NCBI GenBank assembly: GCA_002633005.1
Contig: NMRA01000228.1
Coordinates: 121,685-185,684, forward strand
Source of the DNA: Phoronis australis
Lineage: Eukaryota > Animalia > Phoronida
Reading direction: 5' to 3'
Length of the DNA: 64,000 bases
Positions 11,601 through 26,600 of the stretch are shown here, in pieces. The notes below the pieces were generated by a model that was given only the letters and a program-made list of their open reading frames with translations, did no database searches and was not told the DNA's origin. A program made the position numbers and the translations under genes. Each line of letters starts with the position of its first letter. The stretch's first letter is position 1.

Positions 11601-14600
11601 TGTGACGAATCCAGCAAATACACGCATAAATTGTAACAGAATGTTTATACTGCTAAAATAGTTCATGTTAGAACAAAATATGAACAAATATTATCTAGTC
11701 ACTGCATGCCGTTGGCAAATGCACTGACCTCTGTCGACAACTTTGGTGGCATCCAAGTTAACTGTTACCTTTGTAGCAAAGCATCTATGCTTCACTCTTA
11801 ACCATCTTTTTACTCCAGAGTAAACTTGCGCTGTCAACTCCAATCCAAGACTGAAGTTAATTAAGTGGGCCCACTGATCAAAACTACGTTAACACCAAAG
11901 CATCAGAGCCAATAGGGAAAGTCTTTTTGTGTACACTGCAGCTCTTGTCCACATGTACAGCCTACCTTAGAACAAACTGCACTTTTTTTATTAATGTTTA
12001 TTACAAGATCTTCAGAATACAATGAAAATACATAACCCAGAAAGCGCCAAGAGGCATTAGATCTGGGTAAAAAAATACAAAGAAGTCTATATACAATTAT
12101 TATATACGGATACATAAATAAATGAAAAAACTGATGTTAAGAATACAATGATATATGACAACGAATGAAAATAATCCATTTTCATACAGATGTATAAAAT
12201 TCTATCCACTCACACTAAGAGATTTAATGTTATAAAGAAATTCTGATACTATTTCAAATAAAACCTTATTTTCATTTGAGTTAAGTTCTTGACATCCATA
12301 TAGAAAGAAATTAATTTTGTTGTACAATTGCGGAATTTCAGAATTTTTTTTATAAACATTTGGGTATTGTTCGAGTACCTGGAAGAGCTGTACCCTCTCC
12401 TCCTTACATACCTCACAAGCAAAGAAAACATGAGGATATGTTTGGGTATCTCCACAGGAACAAATTGCACTAATGCAACTTGCCCCACTTTTAAGTGGAG
12501 CACTCACACACATCTGATACTTAAGATTGAAGTTGTCACTCTGTGGTTGACAGTAAACAGCTGATGGAATAGGACACACAAAAGATGACCTGTCTGTTAT
12601 GTAACCACAACTGATAATTACTTCTGCTTGCCCCAGGTTTGCAGCCACACAGGGACTAGCAGTGGCGCAAGTTTCCCTGAAACAAGACTCTACCTGATAA
12701 GGTAGAATATTTAGTAGTCACAAGTTTGGGTAAGTTGCAGTAGTTTAAATAGCATTCACATGGGCCCTTAAACCTTAAAGCCATTAGTACACTTGACAGG
12801 TCAACATAGAGAAAACACTTGCTCAGAACTTAGAAACTTACCATGTCAAGGTTTAGTAGGCTAAGCTCTTTGTGATAATATCTCAGGTTCTTACTTATAA
12901 CATTGAAAACATTTTTTTCTACTTGCAAAATAGCCCTTAAATAGCAGGAGCAAACTGGTGGTCCCTGATTTGTCTTTCTTTGTAGATGTAATCTAAAATT
13001 TCAAACGATGTCACTGGCCAGCCTCAGGCTTGTTGGCTGGTTGACGTGTGACCTCTGATATCACCTGGGATTGTAAACTGTTTATTGTCTGTCCCTCAAC
13101 TTGTAGTGGGTGGGTGTAAAGTTATGGTCCGCTTTGAGAAGTATGTCTTGCACTGTGATGAGAATCAGATCCCCAGCTCAAGACATGTAAGTTCTGTCAT
13201 CACTATCTTAGGCAAAGATTCAGCTTTTTAATTAAGCAGCTTGGAGTTAGTTATCACCCCTGACCTTGTTTTTCTAGGAGTGGCTTGTTTTTTTATCAGT
13301 TCACTAGGTTTGTAAGATTCGGTGGTTTATGGCTGTGTATTGTTTCATGTTTGGTTCTAGTAAGAATGTTGGTAAATTCCAATGACAATACTTCATTGAA
13401 TTCACTCCACTGAGCAAGCGAGTGTCATCTAACTGAACTGCTCTACTCCAATTGTCATAGCTGTCTATTAAATCGACTTTGCTATCCTGATGAGGTATTG
13501 AGCTGGGGTTCCCTAGGTGGAGGTTGTGATTGACTATGGCACTGTCACGTTGTTAATTCTCAGGTTTGTTGTTGGGAATAAGCAATTGTCCTCTGCTATA
13601 AGGACACACTGAGACCTTATGAATTGCTCTTTTTTAGATAAAGTATTCACCTAGATAAACAACCAATCTCACAGTCATCGTCTTGAGAGCCATGGACTCG
13701 AGTTGATGTCTTTATATAGGCACTTACACATTAAGTTAACATAAAGCCTACTTCTTGGATGTTGAAGCAAATCTGTTCTCTATCTAAATGCCCATTGACT
13801 TTTTAAAAAATTCTGTCCCTCCATGCTGTCCATTCCTAACCTGCGACCACTCCCTGATGTTTTGGTTACTATTTGTAACGTATGCCTTCATGCTCTGTGG
13901 AAATTCGCTCGTCACAACTGGTTTTATCCACATTCTTTCAGTCCAGTATCTATTGTAAGTTAGTGGTGCAATGTAATTACATTAGGCCTACAGCTGATGA
14001 GAGCATGCTGGGAATCTTCTCACGAATAGCTCAAGCCTAATTGTTGACAAAATTGCTGTTACTTGACTTAAATTTTGATACTTTAAAACCCACATAGTGT
14101 AATTTTCTCCTCTATTCAGTTTAAAGTTTCAAGAAGAGAATTTATAGCCTGGGCACTGATTTGATAAGAAACAGTAATTACCCCTTTTACATCGCCAAGA
14201 TAATAGTTACTCCTCTCTCTGATGAGGAACACCCTAGTGAGAATGGAATGTGAAAAATCAGTTGGGCTGCAGAGCATTGGAAAAATTCAAAAGATTTCTC
14301 ATCGGCTTTTCATACTATAACCTCGATGCGTTGATGTTTTGAGGAGAACTTGCGGTCAGTATGAACACTTAACTTCGGTCTTGGATCGAAATTAACAGCA
14401 CCATTTAACTTCACAGTAAACCGGTGGATTTAAGAGCGGAGCGTCGACACAGCGGTGCAGCATGAACGGTCAACTTCGGTCCCATGGAAATTATCACCAG
14501 GTGCCACTGTTATCATCAACAATTACAGGGTAGTGCCGTCGCTAATAGTTGCTTGTATTTTGCTTGATAGTAGTCACCAATTGAATTAATAAAAAGTGTG

Positions 14601-17600
14601 ATGTCAATTAGCACATGTAAATGTTCCCAAATTATATTATTAAAAAATCTTAGCGTGCAGCGCTACCTTATGATTACTTCGATGACAACAGACAACAGTG
14701 TCACCTACCACTTACTTCATAGTCTATTATCTATGGAAGCCAGTATGAATGGTTTAGTTAACTGCGCAGTTTACGTCGACGCTCCGCTTAGATCGAAGTT
14801 AAGTCAGTATGAAAACCAAAGGCCTTCAGACTCTAATCTCGTTTAAAGGAAATGTAGACAAATGCAGCATTTGAATTTTGTCTTATTAAAAGTCCTCAAA
14901 TAGTTCTTGATGTATGTTCCACCTGTGAATGGAAATGTACCTTAAAGGTAAGATAACGTCGCGTGTGGTGGGTGCCTTTTTGTGATAGCTTCATTTGAGT
15001 TGTTTGTGTGGGTTTTTGGTTTTTTCAGTAGTACTTAATATTTTCACACAGCAGATATCTATAGAAGTTGATCTTGCAAAAATAGTTTTTGATTCAGGCC
15101 ACGTAACACCCTTCAAATCTCAATTAACTTGTTAGTTACTCAAATGGGAAGTAATTTACGCTCTCAGTGTCCTACCAATGCATGAGATGACAAGCCAACT
15201 GGTCTCAAGCAATGGAAATGACTTAAAAAACAGACAGTCGCCGCGCTAATAAAAAAGTTCATATTGATTCGATTTTTCGTCTATTCATTAGACATCATCA
15301 GGTTATAAACAATAAGGCTTGAAGTGCCGACATACCAGTCAGGTTATTTGTGCGGCGATTGTCCATCTTTTTGATCCTACTATGGCCAAAAACTTATGTA
15401 TTTGGAAATGACTTGTCAGTGATAACTATATTGGAATGTGTATATCCTGTAGTTACATAATATTCTATCCCGTTGTTTGGAAGAGATGGATCTACTATTA
15501 TTGGGGGTTCTATTGTGAGAGTTCATGAAATCAGATTACAAAAAGCTGTCCCTGAAGTTTCGGCTAATGAGGGTCATGGGAGTAAAAATGATGAGATTTC
15601 AGAAACATCCATGAGGATGATGACGATGATGAAATACCTGTCAGCAGTTTGCCTGAAGGAGAGGCAGGAAATAATCCTGAATCAGTGGAAACTCGTGAGG
15701 CAGACTTTGATAACTCAAGTTCTGAGAATCAAATGAGCACCGATAGGGTTGACACTGCAACTTTGTCTGTTGACCTCAAAAGAGTGAATGACCTGAAGAT
15801 AGTTGACAATGACATCACTGATACTACAGAAAGTGTTTTGATTACCAATGATGCTCAATTAAAGGATGCAAAATTGGCTGAACTGGAAAGTTGGAAACAA
15901 TGTTTATAGTGAAGTGCCAAATGAAGGTCAGAAATGTATCTCCACCAAATGGCTGTGTACTCTTAATAAAAACACAGAGAATGGGGTGGTTGCAAAAGCC
16001 CGATTAGTTGCTAGAGGTTTTGAAGAATTTCAAAATGACATTCAAAAAGATTCACCTCCATGTGCGCATGAATCATTGCGCTTGATTGTTGCAATTTTGG
16101 CCATGAAACACTAGAAAATGAATTCAATGGACATTCTTGCAGGGAAATCCTATTGACAGAGAAATATATATCAGACCCCCCAAAGAAGCCAATGCGAACA
16201 GTAAATTATGGCGATTGGAAAAATGCGTATATGGCCTAAGCGACGCTTCACTGAACTGGTATTTTCGGGTGAAATCAGTCATGTTGGAAAATGGGGGGAA
16301 GATGTTAAGGGTGGATCCTGCTCTATTTCACTGGACGAATGATTGAAATGAGGTCTATGGGGAAACTCGCCTGTCATGTTGAAGATTATTGGCAAAATAT
16401 AAATGAAGATGTTTGTGAAGTACCAATCCTTAGGACGGGTCAGTGACTTGTGCGTGGCTTTGGTCAGTGGTGCTGCCTTTTAACAATTTACCTGATGATG
16501 GAAGTCAATGAGGCTATTTTATTGGTTTGATGAACAAGTCTGGGAAAATAACACCTATTTGGTGGAATTCTAAGAAAATGAGACGGTTAGATAGAAGTAC
16601 GTTGGCAGTTGAAACTTTAGCCGTGGCAGAAAGCATTGATGTGTCTCCCTTCATAATGACACTTTAAACTTATGTGAATTAATGTGTACACCAGATTCTA
16701 CTGTTGTACAACTGGTATCTTTGTTTTACTGATTGTAAATCATTACTTGAGGCAATTACCGTAATCGTTCGGGGTAACGCCCTGGGCGGTTAAATTGGCA
16801 AACCCAAAAAATCGGGGGTGGGCGGTTAACCAGACATTGGTGCTTAAACGTGAAATTTCAAGAAATCCAGGGTGGGCGGTTAACCAAACATGGGCGCTTA
16901 TTACGACAGGCAACCGCCCTGGGCGGTTAATCTTACCTCGTACTCGGAACGCGTAGTACTTTTCAAAGAGCGTTATCGTCACGTCGCCACATGACGAGAA
17001 AAATGTCATAACAGCGGATGATCCCAACAAAGATTCTCTTGCCCTCAGATTAGTTATTCACTGTTAAATTTACAGAATTACTGAGTAATAGCCCCGTGGC
17101 GTCCTGCGGTCTTGTTACTTTGCCCTCTAGAGCGCAAACGACCAGTGACCACGCAGCCTCTACTTGGATTGCAACTATTTTAAGATGTGACCTTGTTAAA
17201 GTGCGCGCGTGCAAGCTTCACGTGTTGCAGAGGTCGATCACAGCAGACATCAAATTTATGGTTGCAGTCTCGTACTGAGCTGCCAAGTTCATAGTCTGAG
17301 AGCAGTTTTAAAATGAGTTGTAATAAAAGTTTGAAAAACTTAATTCAGATGTTTTTTGTGTTTAGGATGTTTATAGTCGACACTCTGTGACTCAATGACA
17401 TTTTCAGCGTATGGTTCTGCGGCTAGCTGTTTTATCTCGACCGCCCGGCATTGCTCACTTGCCGTTGCGCCAAACATGCTCGGCAAAGAATTAGGCCTAA
17501 GACAAGAATCGGTGTTAAGCGGCCGTGAGCTACTCGTCAATCAAGAATAAAATTTCGAGCCACGACATAAATATGTGATAAAACGCCACAAAACAGCGAT

Positions 17601-20600
17601 GTTTCAATTCATTCTTAAACAATCGCCTTACCAAACTTCGTGGTGGAAAAACATTTATTTTTCATGCAAGATGTCCAGATTATCCTATTTATATCACTTG
17701 CAATAGGCCTATCGCACTGCGGCACTGTTCGGTCTCGCTGTTAGCAAGCAATGTCTCAGTCGGCTGACAGTCGTGACTTGGAAATGCCGTCAAGTAATAA
17801 AACGGCCTCTTCCAATATGCATCTCGTTTTTTATGGCCAAAGATAGCGGCGGGAATCAGCACGCACGTAGGGCCTACGAGTGAGCACCTGTCAATCACAT
17901 GTTGGTGTCAAGGTAACATGCACTGCAAAGTGTGGGAACTTGCGCACGTGCACCAAAATGACTACAAAGTCACACATCAAAAGAGAATAGCCCTAAGTAA
18001 CAAAAACGGGCGTGACTATGTACTTTTAAGCTGTTGTTACGAAAGACCCAGTTCTTTACGATATTCCTCCGTTGCCAATGTTCCCCAAAACTGCGATGTC
18101 AAGTCTATTCCGATATTTCCCGCTCGATGCTCCCTAAGCCCATGCCCGTAGCTAGCTGTGTGCATCTCCTACCCACTATCGCCAATTTTCAGTCAGTCTA
18201 CGTCGTAGATATTTCAGACTCGAATGGTAAGAAACTGGCCAATGTATAAACAAAATTATTCTGGATGGCAAAAAGGGGATGTGGAAACGATATTTCACAG
18301 TCACGCTTATACGTGGGGGCTGACGCAAGAAAAAATAAAGAACAGCCAGCGACAATAGTTAAATCTGGTAACGCCAGTTTGACTGAGATGCAATAAGCAA
18401 AAAACAAAATTTGACTAGCTGCTTTTTATTACTTCAAGATCATACACAAACAAACATTATTGCCAACCTTTGAATTCAGAAATCGATAGGCAGCAACGAA
18501 ATCGGTAACCCAGTAAGGCACTTGTACTGTCCCTTCGGTCGCCACACGTCCTCTACAACCCGGCAGTTACATTCATCAAAATGAGAATTTGAAATCTTTC
18601 CGTGAGTTGTGAGATTTCTTCAAAATACGAGAGCTTCCCACCTTAAGAGAATTTGGAGGGTTGGCAAAACCTTTGTCACATTTGTCTGGCCTGATTTTTT
18701 CGAATATATATTTTATCTAGTGCACTGCAGACCGAAACTCAGAGCGGCAGACAAAGTCGCTGAAAGCAGAGGTTTTGATGCCGGCGCCGTTCTTAAACTT
18801 TGTAAACATGGGAAGAAAATAAAGTGACAAAAACGTTAAAGTATTATATTTTGAAGTGAGTCCATGACCCAAGACAAGAACTCCTTACTTGTATTGTAAT
18901 TCACATTGCTAAACCACCGTCTTGAAGGCCCGGCGTTGTTACGCTCATTGTGATCATCGATCTTTTTGTAAAAGTCGGAGAATCACCGTTTCCTTAGCAC
19001 TGGGCGCTAAATCTTCATTCTTTAAAAGTCCGGGATGGGCGCTTAACCGAGAGGTAGGCGCTTAACTGGAAATCTTCAAAAATTGTAGGGGGGCGCTTAA
19101 CTGAGCAGTGGGCGGTTAAATCGAAAATCCACCTAAAGTAGGGGGTGGGCGGTTAACTGAGCATGGGCGTTAACCCGAATGATTACGGTAAGTCAGGAAA
19201 GTTTGCAACAGAGAAAAGGCTTAGAATGAATAAGTAGTAAGGATCTCATTGAAAACAAACAGATTAAAGAAATTAAATGGAGTGATTCTAAAGCTCAACT
19301 TGCTGATTGTCTTACAAAACATGGAGTATCCTCTCTTCTGCAAAAAGTGTTAGAGACAGGCATGTTAGAATTTTAGTTGGAGACAGGCATGTTAGAATTT
19401 TAGTTGGAGACGGGCGTGTTAGAATTGTAGTTGGAGACGGGCGTGTTAGAATTGTAGTTAGGTACTTTGTGAAAAGTGTTAGAGACAGGCAGAATTGTAG
19501 TTAGGTACTTTGTGAAAAGTGTTAGAGACAGGCAGAACTGTAGTTAGATCATGTGTTAGAGACAGACATGTTAGAATTGTAGTTAGAACATTTATTGTAT
19601 ACGTGTTAGTAAAACTATATTAGATAGTTTTTGGTATATGGATTATCTTAAGGAAAAGAAAGAGAGTGGAATTTGATAACTATATTGGAATGTGTTTATA
19701 TCCTGTAGTTGTTTGTGGTTTACTAGTTCCTGTCTTGTAGTCAGTACTGTATTAGTCATAATTATATTCCTAGAACCTAATGACTTCCTGTACATTTCTG
19801 TATATATTCTATTATTTGTTGATATCAATACACTTTCAGTTTAACAGCCAACTGGGCACAATCTTTGTTTTACTCACGACTTTTCAGTCAGTACCCCATC
19901 CCCCATCCCTGAAAGTGACTTTTTAGTCAGTACCCTATCCCCCATCTCTGAAAGTGACTTTTTAGTCAGTACCCCATCCCTGAAAGTGACTTTTTAGTTT
20001 GAGCATTTGGAACAAGCCGACCATTTTCATAACAGTTAGTCTCAAGAGTTAAGTTTATGGCAGAGGGCAGATTAACAACAGCTTTGCTCTCACAAGACCA
20101 AGACTTTATTAAAGTTGCAATTAAATTTTAATCTTCAGCATTAAGTGCTTTTTAAAATGACAAGCTTGGGTACAGTTTTTGATAATTGTATTTACTAAAA
20201 TCCAAAATAGGCCAAGGTGTGCTTAAAAAGGTTTTATTGTGAATATTTTTCAATAATGCTCACTTTCTACATTTTTGTGTTGGCATTTGATTGTTATCAA
20301 TTTACTTTCTTGTCAGTAGTTGGTATCTACCTCACAATTTGGTGCAGACCATATTAATACCCATACAGTAGGATATTGATAAATGATCTGTGATAAATGG
20401 TGAGTCACAATTAGCCAACTATCAAAACATACACCAGCCTACTTAGGCAGTAGTCTTTATCAGGACAATGCCTGCAGCAGACTTGCTCTTCCCTGCTGCT
20501 TCGGTGGGTATTATTATTATAATTCCAGTGTATCTGCCATGTCTGAAGTGTCTGTGATAACCTACTGTTTTTCTAACGGGTCGAGTCATTTCAATTCTAT

Positions 20601-23600
20601 AATGAAAAGGAATCGCCTGTGTTCTCTTTTTCAGCGAAAAATTAGTGAGCATATCGGGAAGCACTTCAAGCATCGCAGGTGTAACAAGTATGTCATCAAG
20701 AAGGAGGGGTATGTACATGGAGTTTAGCTAGCTGGGGAGCACTTAAGTGCCGTTTTCACCTGAACTTTATTCAACTATGTTGACTGCAGATGTTGCCTTA
20801 AAGTTAGGAGTAAGCTCTGCCAATAATCCCTATCCAACTGTTTTGTATCCAACTGCGGACGTGAAATTCACGACTTTAAGCAGACATTCAAAATATGGAC
20901 AGTAGCATTTTATCATTTGTAGGATGACTGTGTTTATATTTGTGATGTGTAACTCTAATTGTTTTCACTTAATGTTCGAGTTTGTTGATCAGGACAAAAA
21001 CAACTATTAGTATTTTAACCATAGTGCATATAAGTTGTGACAGGAGTCAGGTTCTGGTAAAAGTGACAATTCTGGGAAAGATAGTAATTTCTGCGAAGGT
21101 GAAGTGCAAATAGGGTTTTAACTTGTGTACGTAGCTACATGTGCTTTGGTCAATATGGAGATAGTATTTGCATATTCAAAACTTCGTGCTGTCAATTCTC
21201 ATTAAGTCACACCAAAGTTCCAATGTTCAGAGTCTTTGTTTGTATCAGTGTTTGCCATATTCTTGCACTGTTGGTAAGATAATGACACTGACAATCTGAA
21301 GGAAATTTAATTTTTTGATCAGCTCATTTTCTCTGCCATAAGCTTAGAGAAATGTGCTGATGGAAAAGTCATTTTAGAATTCGCAGTGAAAAGCGCACAC
21401 CAGTTTTAGTGCCTATACTGACACGATTTCTATGATTTTTGCCCATTGCACTTTAAAGTAAAGTCCTTGTTTCACAGTGCCATTTGTTCATTATTATGTA
21501 TTTCAGAGTGTGTCACTGTGGACAGGATGCCGACTGGCACAAGGATCGTGGACTTTTTCCGGCAGAGTCTGGGACCTGGACATCAGAAAACTCAACTGTA
21601 GAGACGGTAGCTGATACGTTTGGCGAGATTAACTTCTCAGGTTTTGGTCATGAGTCTACCATCACATCCCCAGTGAGTTTTGTGTTAGTCAACAGGGCAC
21701 AGCTGGATTCCTAGTTTCAAATTAATTGATTTTGTTTCTTTTGCCATGACATGAATGTTAAATGCATTACTTGTATATAGCATGAATTGCTTCCTGTGGT
21801 AAACATTCTCTCGTGATTTCACTAACTGTCTTATCAATTCAATTTATGATTTTTTCATGGTAAACAACGAATATGGCAGTTCATGGTATTAGTGCTTCAC
21901 TTAATACTGTGTTCTTTTGTGAACTTATACTGTGCATTGACTCAGGCTTGTCATATCTCTTTGGAGATAACGTTGAGTCTAAAACTACAAAAAGTCTGTG
22001 CGTTCACCGTGTAAATCTTATGTGTTTGGCAAATTTTGTGCATGCCTCTGATAATTATTGCCCTGTGTTTTTTTCTCTAGTATAGATAGGCATACACACA
22101 GTCCTCTAGCTTCCATGAGGAGTTCTCATGTGACTAGCCTTGTTGGTAGAGTGTAATATTAGGATCTTATTTAGTTCTAGGAATTTTCCACTTTTAACAG
22201 GGTTTTCTCTCTTCGGGTTTCGATTTTTTCTTATTTGACTTCCAATTTCCTGTTCTTTCTTCTCTTTTTTCATAATTTTGACTTTGTTCATGCTAAAATG
22301 TTTATTTCAGTTAAATTTTACTACAAAAAACATTTTTATCACACAAGCCTATTTGTGGAACGTTACATCACCTGGAAAATTTTCCTCTTTTTTGTCATTG
22401 GTCTTCCCAAGCCCTACTTATAGATGGTTAAAGAATGACATGTGCCTCTCTAAATGACATCTTTTGTATAGATTGATGCACAGTGTATTATTCAATGCAG
22501 TTCAGTTCCCTGATTGATTAGGATATCAAAGTAAAATTTTCTTTGAACTTATCCACATTTGACTTGGACCATTGACAAGAGCCGGTTGATTTTACCTTGA
22601 GGAACCCAATGCAGGTAAACATTGACCATCTCACAATGATCATTGAATTCAGCCCAACTGCTTGGTCTGCTTGGTGGCCTAGGCAATCCTTTAATGACAC
22701 CTCATTGTGTCTTAAAACTATGTACCTGTTGACTATTGCCAGCCCAGCCAGCTGGCCCTGTGTCAGGGCAGGGAATTGTGGTAATTGACCTGTCGCCAGG
22801 ATTTTGAGTGACAGCTTAACTCACCAATCAGAACGTAGCATTCTTGACAAACCTTCGTTTCCAAGTGGCCATTTTACCCGACAAACAACACGTCAGGTAA
22901 AACTTTTTTTGTCGATTTTTCGCAAGGGGGCGGAGCTTGTAATAGGTGAATTGAAACTCGCTCTTGACAGTTCACAAATTAATTGTTTTTTTTGTTGAAT
23001 TTTCACCTGCACTAGGTGCCTCATGCCTAGTATCATATTTCTGCAGTATATTCGTGTGGACCACAAGACCAGGCCTCATGTTGTGTGGAAGCTGCTGGAT
23101 GAATACTGGCATTTGCCTCCTCCCAGACTTATCATTTCTGTCACAGGGGGCGCCAAGCAGTTCTTCATGAAGAACCGTCTCCTGAACATCTTCAAACGTG
23201 GCCTGATCAATGCTGCAACCACAACTGGTAAGATGGGGGAAATTGAATAGCAAAAATTCACTTCTAAAACATATTTTTCTTAATTTATAAAGTTGTGGAT
23301 TTCAAACGGACAAATGCTTGCTCTTTCTCCTTGTCCTCTTCATATTTTGCTGCAAGTTAATTACAATTATGTCTTGTTTAGAGGTTACTCCAAAAACAGT
23401 TGTTTCCATAATTATGCAAATATCAATCTAGACCTTTGTATAAGCATTCCTGTAGTCTTTTGTCCAACACCATGAGTCTTAATTAAGCCAATTATCTATC
23501 ACCAGAAAGGGGCTGAGTTTCTAGTGACTTTCCTGTACCCAGCTCTCTTTCATCACTTGGTGTGAGATTGCTTATAGTTCAATGAAAATAACTTCATGCA

Positions 23601-26600
23601 GTCACATACACATCATAATTTCATCCTGTCCGGTTATCCACCTTATATCTGAAAAAGCCTTGGTCAGCTTTTGACGAATTATTATGCTAGGATAGAAGGC
23701 ATCAATAGGGCAGCACGTGCTGCTTTTCAATCTGCCCTGCCCTTGGGCCATAATATTTAGAGAACTGATCTGTGGATTTCAACGAATCTTGACACAGAGG
23801 TATGTGACAGCTTAGTTAATGCACCACCAGCAGCTCATTTTCAGACAAATTTGACTGCTGCAGCACCCCCTAGTGACCATTTCAGTCTCGACAAGGTATT
23901 TCTTTCAATTGATTGTTGTCAAAATGATGGCATGTTTTAGAAAAACTTGGCACAGGTGCATATGAGAGGAGTTCGACACCACCAGTCAATTTTCAGTCAT
24001 ATTTGACTTGCCGAGTACCCCCTCCCCAGTGACCAATTTTGATATTCCTTTCCTTGCACTTTCCAGATTATAACTATATAGAGAACCTATCAAGATGTTG
24101 GCACCAGTCGATTTCTAGGTGTATTTGACTTCACCATCTCCGGGTGTTGGTTATTTCATTTTTTTCGACTACTCTCTCGTGCCAAAAGCATTTTTCAGGT
24201 GGCATCTGGATAACACGATGACTGATCTTGATTAAAGGTGACACAGCGGTATGTGACAGAGATTCAATGGTACCAGTTAATTTGCAGGTGGATTCGACTA
24301 ACCTAACTGCCCCTGGTGGCCATTTAAATGTTTCTTTGCATCAATTATTGTCAAACAGATTTTAGCAAAACCCAATACAGGGGTATGTTGCTGAAATGGG
24401 GTGGCCCGAGTGAATTTTCAGATGGTTTCAACTGTGTTGCTCTTGTTATTGGGAAATTTGCTTCATAATTTACAGAAAAAATGCAGTGATATGTTTGTTT
24501 TTATAATTCCATTATTTTTTCTTAAAGCAGTAGCAACTTGTTACCCATGACGACAAAAGCAGCTGTTTTTCATGCTCACATATTGATGATTTCTGAGATC
24601 AGAAAGTGAGCTTTCATTTGAGATTGGAATATTGTTGTACGGGCGTCTTTCATTCTAGGTGCATGGATTATTACCGGTGGAACTAATACAGGTGTGATGA
24701 AATACGTAGGTGAGGCTGTCCGTGACCACCTGCTAAGTACAGGTATGGTGGACAAGCACAAGGTAGTCGCCCTTGGGATAGCCACATGGGGCATCATTGA
24801 TAATAACGAGTCTTTGATGGGTGAAGAGGTGAGAGTCACTTAATACATGATGTTGTTTTTAGACTGGTTCATGATCAATTCTTGTACGAGTAGAATATGG
24901 CATATTCTGTATTCATGTTGAGGTAATCTCCTAGGATATTTGAACTGAAAAACCAAAATATCAGGCAGTCATGGAGCCAATCATTGGCGTTAAAAAAACA
25001 AAGATTTGACGTCAAATTATACAATGTTATCATCACTTGAAAAGTAACAAGGAAACAAGAATTGTAAACCTGTGGCAAAATTCCAAGCTTTATCAATCAA
25101 TCAATCAATTGCTTAATTTAAGTAATCTGTAGCAATTTCTGGCCAGCCACACTTGGACTCATAAGTCACATTCTCTAATACATACAGAATAATCAACACA
25201 TATACCACTCAACATAAACTGACAATTTTTTCTTCTCACCACCGGTAGAACACAACAGCTCTTCATCTGGGAAATCCATTACAAATAAAACTGATAACAA
25301 GTTTACTCAAAGAGGTATTGGTCATCAAGAAAGCGATCTGTTTTTGAATACTCACCAAAGGTGAGACAAATCATCATGATCTCTGATGTAATGCTGTTCT
25401 GAGATGTGTGTAGAAAACACAAGAGCACAGAAAATATATTTCATCCTCCAGGCATGGGACAGTACAGTAATCACACAAATGCTCCTCAACAGGAGTGGAA
25501 ATTTCAAAATGGCCAATTTCCACTTTTAGTTTTGAGACTACACATGTAAACTGAGAAAATAGGCATCTTTTTTTAGAAGTGCTCATGCTCCTTTTTTAAA
25601 TAAAAGTTTATTTTATTTTTTGTTTTGAATAATTTACAAGCTCTCAGCTTGAGTTTGCTCAAAATTCCAGCTCTGCGTTCAAACACTGAATTATCCATTA
25701 ATTTCACACTGGCATTTTCTAACTCACAACTGACCTTTCATGAATATTTCAATCTGATCAATCTCAGTAAAGTGTTGATAAACAGTTTTTGACCAATTGT
25801 CCTTTCTACTCTTGAGGCCCCAGTAAAACACCTGCTTTGTGAGACCACTATCAGGCTATTCCAGAGCCCCAACATACATGATTATTCAATAAAAATAGTG
25901 AAGTGTTTGTGATAGCGTAATACCGGATTCTATAATAAAATGTCTATTTTAGTGCAACCCTCCTGATACTGCCTTCTAGTGAAGTTCTTTTTGCTTGCAG
26001 TCGTGCAGTCCACTACCTTATCACTGGAGTTGATAATTTGTTTCAGGGTGTTGGTTGTTTTCCTGCATTTTACAATGCTGAACAGTTAAGTTCTAACACA
26101 CGTAAGGCACCTATTGACCACAACCATTCTCACTTCATATTCGTCGACAACGGCACCGTTGGAAAGTTTGGAGTTGAGATTAATTTTAGGGTACAACTGG
26201 AGAACTTCATATCTACCAAACTGGAGACTGAAGTCAGTGCTGATCGCTGTAAGGCTTAGTATTGGACGGTGTGCGTGCGTACGTGAGTGTGTGATAATCA
26301 CGAATTCCTAATAGATTTTCTTGGTTTTCCTTCACCATCTTAATTATGATTGCCTTTCATTTGTTTTAATAAATTGTAATTCAAAATATTTTTATTTCTG
26401 TAAATTTTAAGATTTTGTCTATTAAGTATTTTCTCATTTTGCTGTAATTTCCGAAAGCAGTACTTAATTAACCTTGTATTATTTTGCTCTCTTGGACTCC
26501 CCTTTCATGCATATTTGCTTTGTATTCTTGCAGCTGTGTATATCCCTGTCGTACTGTTGGTTGTGGAGGGCGGTATAGGTTCCTTGAAGACTGCAGGCGA

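Larger units (their letters stand above)
15420..19846 (+). mobile_element. Decayed Ty1/copia LTR retrotransposon (GalEa-like), internally deleted and interrupted
   Basis: RT motifs [46 protein letters not shown]. RNase H motifs TDCKSL and QLADCLTK. The LTR start tgataactatattggaatgtg occurs at 15420 and 19674, with the polypurine tract aaggaaaagaaagagagtggaa before 19674. The LTR ends at 19827 or 19846. Confidence 0.85.

Noticed and set aside
21044-21098. Possible micro-exon ([18 protein letters not shown])
   Set aside because: Its phases do not fit the phase-2 intron between 20708 and 21507, which already join correctly.
23600-24575. Internally repetitive HINE-like tract (similar tracts at ~42560-42900 and ~55985-56420)
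   Set aside because: Probably a repeat, but I could not define its ends or family by eye.
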